Positions 16,188 to 23,752 of a DNA stretch of 32,000 nucleotides are shown piece by piece; positions within the stretch are counted from its first letter, which is position 1; each line of letters begins with the position of its first letter. Below the pieces are notes generated by a model, which did not search any database, was not told the DNA's origin, and saw only the letters and a program-made list of their open reading frames with translations. The DNA is from Dickeya dadantii NCPPB 898. GTDB taxonomy: Bacteria > Pseudomonadota > Gammaproteobacteria > Enterobacterales > Enterobacteriaceae. The stretch is from assembly GCF_000406145.1 (NCBI RefSeq), contig NZ_CM001976.1:3967472-3999471 (forward strand). The letters are read 5' to 3'. Made by a program: the position numbers and the translations under genes.

Positions 16188-16293
16188 ACCACACAAATTC
16201 CCCACTTGCCGACGCACGGCGCCGCCCGGTGGGCTGCCACATCCATTGCCTTCAGGGAGGCTATCGTCGCCTCCTTCAGTTAAGGAGTCATCC

Positions 16294-16767
16294 ATGATCG
16301 CAGGCAATCTGAATTATCTGCCGCTGGCGACGTTACCCGAGCCGCTGTGGCGCATTCTGTCCGGTTTCACGCTCGACCAGTTGAACGCCCTGCCGGAAGG
16401 CAAGTACCAGCCGGACAACGTCGACTGGTTCTACTCCATCGGTACCGTCTCCACCGCCCCGAAAGCCGAACGTCATACCGAATTCCACCGCCGTTTTCTT
16501 GATATTCAGCTGATCCTCGTCGGTGAAGAGATCATCGGTTACGACCTGAATGACGCTGGCGATCGCCCTGCTACCGAGCGCAAACCGGACCTGTTCATTC
16601 TGGAACAACCGCAGGTGCCGCACGCCATCCGGCTGGCCGCCGGGGATTTCGTCACCTTCTATCCGGGCGAGCCGCATCAGGCGCTGTGCGCGATCAACGA
16701 CCAGCCGGCCCCGGTGAAAAAAGCGGTGTTCAAAGTGCCGGTCGAACTACTGAACGCACAGAGGTAA
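16294..16767 (+). CDS. YhcH/YjgK/YiaL-family (DUF386) protein, sugar-acid anomerase/isomerase-like
   Basis: ATG 16294 with AAGGAG at 16282-16287. HRRFLDIQLILVGEE, FYPGEPHQALC and KKAVFKV are collinear with E. coli YhcH (nan operon) as I recall it. The track's upstream extension from 16138 is Pro/Gly-rich junk across the hairpins. Confidence 0.75.
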   Translation: MIAGNLNYLPLATLPEPLWRILSGFTLDQLNALPEGKYQPDNVDWFYSIGTVSTAPKAERHTEFHRRFLDIQLILVGEEIIGYDLNDAGDRPATERKPDLFILEQPQVPHAIRLAAGDFVTFYPGEPHQALCAINDQPAPVKKAVFKVPVELLNAQR

Positions 16768-16773
16768 CGCCGA

Positions 16774-17457
16774 ATGTCAGGACAAAAACAGGTGGTAATC
16801 ACCGGCAGCAGCTCCGGCATCGGCGCCGCCATTACCGCCACCCTGCTGGCGGCGGGCTGGAAGGTTATCGGGCTATCGCGTCAGCCGGGCGCGCACCAGC
16901 ACCCGAATTTCACGCATCACCCGCTGGACATCACCGATACGCCGGCGCTTATCGCGCTGCTGGACAGCCTGCCCGCCGTCGATGCGGTGATTCACGCCGC
17001 CGGGGTGATGAAAGCCGCAACGCTGGGTTCGCTGTCGTACGCCGACAGCGAACAGCTGTGGAAACTGCATATTCAGGTGGCCGAAGTGCTGGCCGACCGA
17101 CTGGTGGACAAACTGCCGCAGGGCGGCCGCATCGTGCTGCTGGGCAGCCGGACCTCCAGCGGCGCCGCCGGACGTAGCCAGTACGTCGCCACCAAGTCGG
17201 CGATGATTGGCATGGTGAGAAGCTGGGCGGCGGAGCTGGCGCCACGCGGCATCACCGTCAATATCGTCGCGCCGGGCGCCACCGAAACGCCGATGCTGAA
17301 TCAGCCGGGACGGCAAAGCTCGCCGCCGAAACTGCCGCCGATCGGCCGGTTTATCCAGCCGCAGGAGGTGGCGGATCTGGTGGCGTATCTGCTGTCGCCC
17401 TCAGCGGCGGCCATCACCGGGCAACAACTGGTGATCTGCGGCGGCGCCTCGTTATAA
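16774..17457 (+). CDS. Classical short-chain dehydrogenase/reductase (SDR)
   Basis: TGSSSGIG cofactor motif, YVATKSA (YxxxK) catalytic motif, and NIVAPG. 227 aa. Starts 6 nt after the upstream stop. Confidence 0.85.
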   Translation: MSGQKQVVITGSSSGIGAAITATLLAAGWKVIGLSRQPGAHQHPNFTHHPLDITDTPALIALLDSLPAVDAVIHAAGVMKAATLGSLSYADSEQLWKLHIQVAEVLADRLVDKLPQGGRIVLLGSRTSSGAAGRSQYVATKSAMIGMVRSWAAELAPRGITVNIVAPGATETPMLNQPGRQSSPPKLPPIGRFIQPQEVADLVAYLLSPSAAAITGQQLVICGGASL

Positions 17458-17483
17458 CGCCATCATCCTGCACGGCCGTATGC

Positions 17484-19127
17484 TCAACGGCTGGCGACAC
17501 TCAACGCCAGCCGCGGCGCTTGATTGGTCAACATTGTATTGGTCACCATTGAGTCGGCAGCCATCGAATCAGCAATAGTAAACCGACTGACGGATTGTTT
17601 CAGTTCCAGCGAGTGGGTTTCCAGATAGGTCGTATCCGTCGCGGTTTGTTCTACCATCGCGGCATTCTGTTGAGTTGTACGCTCCATGTCAGCAAGCGAC
17701 CGGGCAATCTCCTGCGTGGCGACGGACTGCTCCGCCGACGTATCCGCGATCTTCCTGATAAACTCGCTGGACAGATCGACTACCTGATTGATTTTCTGCA
17801 TCACTTCGGATGCCTGGCTGATTTCATTGTATCCTTCGCCAATTTTCTCTGATGACGCATCGATTAAGTTTTTTATCTGATGCGCTGACGCGGTAGTTTT
17901 CTGCGACAGGGTACGGATTTCAGCAGCGACAACCGAGAACCCACGCCCCACTTCCCCCGCTCGCGCCGCCTCAACAGCCGCGTTAATCGCCAGAATGTTG
18001 GTCTGGAAGGCGATATCCTCAATAACTTTAGTGATCGACGAAATACTGTCTGAATGCTGTTTGATGTTTTCCATCGTATTCACGATTTTGCTCACCAGTT
18101 GGTAACCCTGATGCGTTTCACTCGCTGCATTTTCCGATAACTGGCTCGCCTGCCTGGCGTTGGCGGCGTTATCTTTCACCGATTCCGACACCTGCCCCAT
18201 CGCCGCCGCAGTTTGCTGCAACGCAGAGACCTGCATATCGGTGCGATGCGACAGCGCCACACTGCTTTTACTGATATTCTCGCTGGCGACCGTCACACCA
18301 TCAGCATGCTTCAACACATTAGCGACAATCGCTATTAATGACTGGCGCATGGTTTCAATGGCTGCCATTACACTGTGTTGCTGCTTATCATTAATGACAG
18401 TTTTCTCCGCCAAATTACCGGATGCTATCGCACGGGTCATGGTCAATAATACCGTTGGCTCCGCTCCCAATGCCTGAAAAATTCGGCGACGAGTCGTAAA
18501 CATCGCCAGCGCACCCAGTAATATAGCGACGATTAAAACAATCGGCATAACCACGGTAAAATACCTCGCCGTTTCTCTTGCCGTGTGCGTCAACTGATTA
18601 TTCTGCGCGGCTTCATAATTAATAAATGCATTCACATCCGCCAGCCATTGTACAAATGCACCACGACCTTCACTCAACAATATATTACGGGATGCCTCAG
18701 TCTTTCCTTCATTTTGCAAAGCAATCAACCGGGAAATAATTGCGCTGGTTTTATTATTCGAGCGCTGTATGTTTTGATATAATTCCTTTTCCTGATCAGA
18801 TGTCTTGAATTGGCGCAACATCGTATCAAGCCGGGCATCCGATTGCTGATAAACCATCGCCAATTCATTGATATTATTTATTATTGCAGACAACTCCTGT
18901 TTATCGGCAATCAATAAATCTCGTACCGCAATTGACCGATCATGAACGCTACCCCGTAAATTCACCGCATAAAATTGCTTAACACTATTTTCATCATTAA
19001 CTTCGGTTAATATATTACTGATATAGCGAATTGTTATCAGACCTAAAACACCTAATAAAACACTTACTAATATAGGAATAATAAAACCGACTACAATTTG
19101 TCTTTTTACTGTCATTGTATTGTTCAT
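17484..19127 (-). CDS. Methyl-accepting chemotaxis protein (periplasmic helical-bundle sensor, HAMP, MA domain)
   Basis: N-terminal TM helix, a roughly 170-aa periplasmic region and a second TM helix. Highly conserved signalling hairpin: AFQTNILAINAAVEAARAGEVGRGFSVVAAEIRTLSQKT. GGGGGA RBS upstream of ATG 19127. Confidence 0.9.
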   Translation of the reverse strand: MNNTMTVKRQIVVGFIIPILVSVLLGVLGLITIRYISNILTEVNDENSVKQFYAVNLRGSVHDRSIAVRDLLIADKQELSAIINNINELAMVYQQSDARLDTMLRQFKTSDQEKELYQNIQRSNNKTSAIISRLIALQNEGKTEASRNILLSEGRGAFVQWLADVNAFINYEAAQNNQLTHTARETARYFTVVMPIVLIVAILLGALAMFTTRRRIFQALGAEPTVLLTMTRAIASGNLAEKTVINDKQQHSVMAAIETMRQSLIAIVANVLKHADGVTVASENISKSSVALSHRTDMQVSALQQTAAAMGQVSESVKDNAANARQASQLSENAASETHQGYQLVSKIVNTMENIKQHSDSISSITKVIEDIAFQTNILAINAAVEAARAGEVGRGFSVVAAEIRTLSQKTTASAHQIKNLIDASSEKIGEGYNEISQASEVMQKINQVVDLSSEFIRKIADTSAEQSVATQEIARSLADMERTTQQNAAMVEQTATDTTYLETHSLELKQSVSRFTIADSMAADSMVTNTMLTNQAPRLALSVASR

Positions 19128-19410
19128 GTATCCCCCGATGCCAACTTAGCTGCTTACTGTGTGTTTTAATAATTACCGTATTTTCAGTTCATACTAAGTC
19201 AAATTGGCATCATAATCGATAGCGCAGAGCATCAACTCACGCTATTAATACAATTGGAGACAATTGCTATATATCGGCCATACTTCAGTTTACAAATTGA
19301 TTCGTTTTATTACCCCAGCCCTTCCATGGGCCTCACCAGTTTACGGCGGCAGCAGCTCACCCGTCGATTGCCCGCAGCACGAGCGCTGTTGGATAGGGTA
19401 TGGAAATGCA

Positions 19411-19773
19411 TCACCCTTTATCCACAAACGCCCGGTATTTCTCCAGCAATTCCAGAAAGTCTTCCAGCCCGCACAACGACAGGCTTTCTTCATCGTAATA
19501 ACTCATGCCTTCCTCCAGCTCGTCGGTTTCAAACGCCAGCTGATTGGCACGCACCATCACTTCTTCGCTGTCCAGCAGCAGCGTGTATTCGTGGCCGGAG
19601 CGTTCCCACTGGCGCTCGCTGCCAGCCAGGTCACGAACCGCTGCTTCCACTTCATCCAGCACCGCCTGCTGACCTTTAACCTCTTCATTCAGCCAGTGCC
19701 CTACCGCTTCATGGCCCATCGACATCCGGACCACCACCTGCCCGGTCACATCACGCAAAAACTCATAGTCCAT
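19411..19773 (-). CDS. yacL: UPF0231 family protein YacL
   Basis: 120-aa acidic protein [11 protein letters not shown]...; conserved position immediately downstream of acnB, as in E. coli. GAGGAG RBS. Confidence 0.85.
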   Translation of the reverse strand: MDYEFLRDVTGQVVVRMSMGHEAVGHWLNEEVKGQQAVLDEVEAAVRDLAGSERQWERSGHEYTLLLDSEEVMVRANQLAFETDELEEGMSYYDEESLSLCGLEDFLELLEKYRAFVDKG

Positions 19774-19817
19774 GATCGTTCTCCTCTGCCTGATTCACTA
19801 TCGAGCGCCACAACAGT

Positions 19818-19844
19818 AAAAAAAGGGAGGCCTGTCGGCCTCCC
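19818..19844 (-). terminator. Rho-independent terminator of acnB
   Basis: On the minus strand: GGGAGGCC-gaca-GGCCTCCC followed by T7 (plus-strand A-run 19818-19824), 30 nt after the acnB stop. Confidence 0.85.
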
Positions 19845-19874
19845 TTCCTGTCAATCGCTCCGAACTATAGCGGT

Positions 19875-22472
19875 TTACACGGCGGTCTGGAAGATCACCT
19901 TATCCGCTTTGTCAGTGTACTGCTGCAACTGGTCAAAGTTCAGATAGCGGTACGTGTCATCCGCGGTCTTGTCCACCTGCGCCATATACTGCTGGTATTC
20001 GTCCGGCGTCGGCAGACGCCCCAGCAGCGAGGCTACCGCCGCCAGCTCGGCCGATGCCAGATACACATTGGCCCCCGCACCCAGACGGTTCGGGAAGTTA
20101 CGGGTCGACGTCGACACCACGGTCGAGCCATCCGCCACGCGCGCCTGGTTACCCATGCACAGCGAACAGCCGGGGATTTCGACCCGTGCGCCGCTCTTGC
20201 CGAATACGCTGTAGTAGCCTTCCTCGGTTAGCTGCGCGGCGTCCATCCGGGTCGGCGGCGCCACCCACAGGCGGGTCGGCAATTGCCCTTTATGTTGATC
20301 CAGCAGCTTACCGGCGGCGCGGAAGTGACCGATGTTGGTCATACAGGAACCGATGAACACTTCATCGATTTTATCGCCCTGCACCGTGGACAGCAGACGC
20401 GCATCGTCCGGGTCGTTCGGCGCGCACAGGATCGGCTCTTTGATGTCTGCCAGATCGATGTCGATCACCGCGGCATATTCCGCATCGGCGTCGGCTTCCA
20501 GCAGTTGCGGGTCCGCCAGCCATTTTTCCATCCCCTGCACACGACGCTCCAGCGTACGGCGATCGCCATAGCCTTCGGCAATCATCCACTTGAGCAGAAT
20601 GATGTTGGAGTTCAGGTACTCGACGATCGGCTCTTTGTTGAGCTTGATGGTACAGCCCGCCGCGGAGCGCTCCGCCGAGGCGTCGGTCAGTTCGAACGCC
20701 TGCTCCACTTTCAGGTCCGGCAACCCTTCGATTTCCAGGATGCGGCCGGAGAAGATGTTTTTCTTACCTTTCTTCTCCACGGTCAGCAGACCTTGCTGGA
20801 TAGCGTAATACGGAATCGCATGCACCAGATCGCGCAGCGTGATCCCCGGCTGCATCTGACCTTTAAAGCGCACCAGTACCGATTCCGGCATATCCAGCGG
20901 CATCACGCCGGTGGCGGCGGCAAACGCCACCAGACCGGAGCCGGCCGGGAAAGAAATGCCGATCGGGAAACGGGTATGGGAGTCGCCGCCGGTGCCGACG
21001 GTATCCGGCAACAGCATGCGGTTCAGCCAGGAGTGGATCACGCCGTCGCCCGGACGCAGCGACACGCCGCCGCGGTTCATGATGAAGTCCGGCAGGGTGT
21101 GATGGGTATTCACGTCCACCGGCTTCGGATAGGCGGCGGTGTGGCAGAAAGACTGCATCACCAGATCGGCGGAGAAGCCCAGACAGGCCAGGTCTTTCAG
21201 TTCATCACGGGTCATCGGGCCGGTGGTGTCCTGAGAACCGACCGAGGTCATCTTCGGCTCGCAGTAGGCGCCGGGACGAATGCCGGTGACGCCGCAGGCA
21301 CGGCCGACCATCTTCTGCGCCAGCGAGAAACCGCGGCTGCTCGGCGCCACGTCTTTGGCGTGACGGAACACCTCGCTGTGCGGCAGGCCAAGCGACTCGC
21401 GCGCTTTGGAGGTCAGGCCACGGCCGATAATCAGCGGGATACGACCACCGGCACGCACTTCATCCAGCAGCACGTCGGTTTTCAGTTCGAAACTGGCCAG
21501 CAGTTCATTGCTGTCGTGGTGACGTACTTCACCTTTGTACGGGTAGATATCAATCACGTCGCCCATGTTCAGTCTGGCGACATCCACCTCGATCGGCAGC
21601 GCACCGGCATCTTCCATGGTGTTGAAGAAAATCGGCGCGATCTTGCCGCCCAGCACCACGCCGCCGCCGCGCTTGTTCGGCACGTTCGGGATATCGTCGC
21701 CCATGAACCACAGCACCGAGTTGGTGGCGGATTTACGGGACGAGCCGGTGCCGACCACGTCGCCGACGTAGGCCAGCGGGAACCCTTTCTGGTTCAGCGC
21801 TTCAATCTGTTTGATCGGGCCGACGACGCCGGGCTGATCCGGCTCGATGCCTTCGCGGGCATTTTTCAGCATCGCCAGCGCGTGCAGCGGAATATCCGGA
21901 CGCGACCAGGCGTCCTGCGCCGGGGATAGGTCATCGGTATTGGTTTCGCCGGTCACCTTGAACACGGTGACGGTAATCTTTTCCGCCAGTTCCGGACGAG
22001 ACAGGAACCATTCGGCTTCAGACCAGGATTTGACCACCTGCTGCGCGTGGGTATTGCCGGCTTTGGCTTTTTCTTCCACATCGTAGAAATTGTCGAACAT
22101 CAGCAGGGTATGAGATAACGCGTTGGCGGCGACCGGGGCCAGGGCGGGACTATCCAGCGCTTCGATCAGCGGCTGAATGTTGTAGCCGCCTTGCATGGTG
22201 CCCAACAGCTCAACGGCTTTTTCCGGGGTAATGAGGGGAGAAACAGTCTCGCCTTTGGTGATGGCAGCCAGGAAACCGGCTTTGACGTAGGCCGCTTCAT
22301 CAACACCCGGCGGCACACGATTGACTAACAGATCGACTAAAAACTCTTCTTCTCCGGCGGGGGGATTTTTCAACAACTCCACCAGTGCCGCCATTTGCGA
22401 AGCCTCTAGCGGTTTGGGTACGATCCCTTGTGCAGCCCGCTCGGCTACGTGCTTGCGATAATCTTCTAGCAC
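19875..22472 (-). CDS. acnB: Aconitate hydratase B / 2-methylisocitrate dehydratase
   Basis: 865 aa, near-identical along its length to E. coli AcnB as I recall it ([17 protein letters not shown]...[11 protein letters not shown]...). GTG start at 22472 with a GAGGAG RBS. Confidence 0.97.
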   Translation of the reverse strand: MLEDYRKHVAERAAQGIVPKPLEASQMAALVELLKNPPAGEEEFLVDLLVNRVPPGVDEAAYVKAGFLAAITKGETVSPLITPEKAVELLGTMQGGYNIQPLIEALDSPALAPVAANALSHTLLMFDNFYDVEEKAKAGNTHAQQVVKSWSEAEWFLSRPELAEKITVTVFKVTGETNTDDLSPAQDAWSRPDIPLHALAMLKNAREGIEPDQPGVVGPIKQIEALNQKGFPLAYVGDVVGTGSSRKSATNSVLWFMGDDIPNVPNKRGGGVVLGGKIAPIFFNTMEDAGALPIEVDVARLNMGDVIDIYPYKGEVRHHDSNELLASFELKTDVLLDEVRAGGRIPLIIGRGLTSKARESLGLPHSEVFRHAKDVAPSSRGFSLAQKMVGRACGVTGIRPGAYCEPKMTSVGSQDTTGPMTRDELKDLACLGFSADLVMQSFCHTAAYPKPVDVNTHHTLPDFIMNRGGVSLRPGDGVIHSWLNRMLLPDTVGTGGDSHTRFPIGISFPAGSGLVAFAAATGVMPLDMPESVLVRFKGQMQPGITLRDLVHAIPYYAIQQGLLTVEKKGKKNIFSGRILEIEGLPDLKVEQAFELTDASAERSAAGCTIKLNKEPIVEYLNSNIILLKWMIAEGYGDRRTLERRVQGMEKWLADPQLLEADADAEYAAVIDIDLADIKEPILCAPNDPDDARLLSTVQGDKIDEVFIGSCMTNIGHFRAAGKLLDQHKGQLPTRLWVAPPTRMDAAQLTEEGYYSVFGKSGARVEIPGCSLCMGNQARVADGSTVVSTSTRNFPNRLGAGANVYLASAELAAVASLLGRLPTPDEYQQYMAQVDKTADDTYRYLNFDQLQQYTDKADKVIFQTAV

Positions 22473-22831
22473 GACGTTCTCCTCGCTCTCATTGTCTAAT
22501 TATGCCCGGCGCTCATTTCCAGGTTTAGGCTGATTATCAGCGTATGGATAGGTAAGGTCAGAGTGCCCGGTCCAGCCCGTTGAGCATATCAGAGTTTGAA
22601 TTGATTGTTAATTCGTTTACATAAAGGCAACATTTTATAAATACGCTACCCTTTCAGAGGTATGACAGCGTTCAGAAGCATCAATCCGGGCGTCTTGACC
22701 TCAGGCCAGCATAGCAGTTAGCGGCAAAATCAACCACCGGTTACCCCGCAGAAACGACAAGGAGAAGAAAGAAAAACGCGCGTGCGTCGCGGGTGCCGGA
22801 CGCGTTATCGCACATCCGGCTTCTGACGCCA

Positions 22832-23683
22832 TTACGACGGCTGGAAGTGATGGCGCAACGCGTGCAGCAGCGCGGGAAACGACGCCGACATATGAGACTG
22901 TTCGGCGTGGACCTGCAAGGTGACCTCAAGCAACGGCGTTTTAAGGCGCAGTTGCGTCGCCAGTTCCCGAATGCCATCCACCATACGTCGCTGACCACGG
23001 TGCTGGCGCAGCCAGCATTGCCGCGCTTCAGGCAACCGCCGCTCCCACGCTTCCAGCGATTGCTCGTGTTCGCCGACCGACAACGCCAGACGCACCGGCG
23101 TATGCAACGGTCGCACATCCACGCGCGCGATAAACGCCTCGGCCTGCCGGGACAGGTAGCCGCCGTTCCACCACACCGACGGGCTGGAGGCATAAAAATG
23201 CTGAAAGCTGTCCGGCTGTTCAAACAGCGTATCCACGGTGAATAACCCGCCGTAGGAATGGCCGAACAGCGCCTGACGCTGGCTGTCGATGTTGTAACGC
23301 TGCTGGATGAACGGTTTGAGTTCTTCCAGTAAAAAACGGCGAAAGCCGGCGGCATCCCCCTGCTCACCGGGGGAACGGAGCCCGCCCGCCGGGTCGGACT
23401 CTGGAATCAACCGCTCCACCGCCGGACGGTAGTCCCGGTCGCGCCGGGTCGGGCCGTCGTAATCAATCGCCACCATAACGCCCGGCATCATGCCGCAGCG
23501 CGGCTCACGCATCGCCGCCAGCTGCGATACCGCCGAGGCAAAATAGCGCTCGCCGTCCAGCAGGTACATCACCGGCCAGCCCTGCTCGGGCGCCGGGCCA
23601 TCAGGCCAGGCGATCAACAGGCGGTAGTGACCGCACGCCGCCGACGCAAACGTCTCAACCTGGGTGTTGGACAACTGGTACAT
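22832..23683 (-). CDS. Esterase-family alpha/beta hydrolase (enterochelin-esterase / IroE-like siderophore esterase)
   Basis: Nucleophile elbow LFGHSYGGLF. 283 aa with no signal peptide. Lies 69 nt downstream of, and co-oriented with, the catecholate receptor gene. Confidence 0.7.
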   Translation of the reverse strand: MYQLSNTQVETFASAACGHYRLLIAWPDGPAPEQGWPVMYLLDGERYFASAVSQLAAMREPRCGMMPGVMVAIDYDGPTRRDRDYRPAVERLIPESDPAGGLRSPGEQGDAAGFRRFLLEELKPFIQQRYNIDSQRQALFGHSYGGLFTVDTLFEQPDSFQHFYASSPSVWWNGGYLSRQAEAFIARVDVRPLHTPVRLALSVGEHEQSLEAWERRLPEARQCWLRQHRGQRRMVDGIRELATQLRLKTPLLEVTLQVHAEQSHMSASFPALLHALRHHFQPS

Positions 23684-23752
23684 ATCGACATTCTCACTGA
23701 TTGCTTACGGTATCGGCCGGCGTCAACGCACCGGCCGTTTCACCGCTTATTG

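Noticed and set aside
13751-16246. 831-aa minus-strand ORF, the longest in this region of the track
   Set aside because: It lies antisense to two well-supported + strand genes (SSS transporter, BNR protein). Its translation is low-complexity and rich in R/G/A/H/D, with no recognisable motifs. This is a typical stop-codon-poor antisense frame of GC-rich coding DNA.
8086-17457. Interpretation as a canonical sialic acid (nan) operon
   Set aside because: NanA-like, YhcH-like, transporter and sialidase-fold genes are present. However, nanK, nanE and nagA/nagB equivalents are absent, and the island instead carries a tetronate kinase/PdxA2 pair. The substrate is therefore probably not Neu5Ac.
19271-19295. 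Sigma-28-like -10 element (minus-strand GCCGATAT) upstream of the MCP gene
   Set aside because: The nearest TAAA lies only 10 nt upstream instead of the roughly 15 nt required by TAAA-N15-GCCGATAA, and the element is about 145 nt from the start codon. It is not a convincing flagellar-class promoter.
20283-21929. 548-aa + strand ORF inside acnB
   Set aside because: It is antisense to a near-perfect AcnB match and its translation is a low-complexity R/G/H/Q-rich sequence.
22775-22806. Possible terminator after the esterase gene (minus strand AACGCG...CGCGTT followed by TTTTCTTTC)
   Set aside because: The outer stem is only 6 bp with a 20-nt loop and competing inner pairings. It is plausible but not solid enough to annotate.
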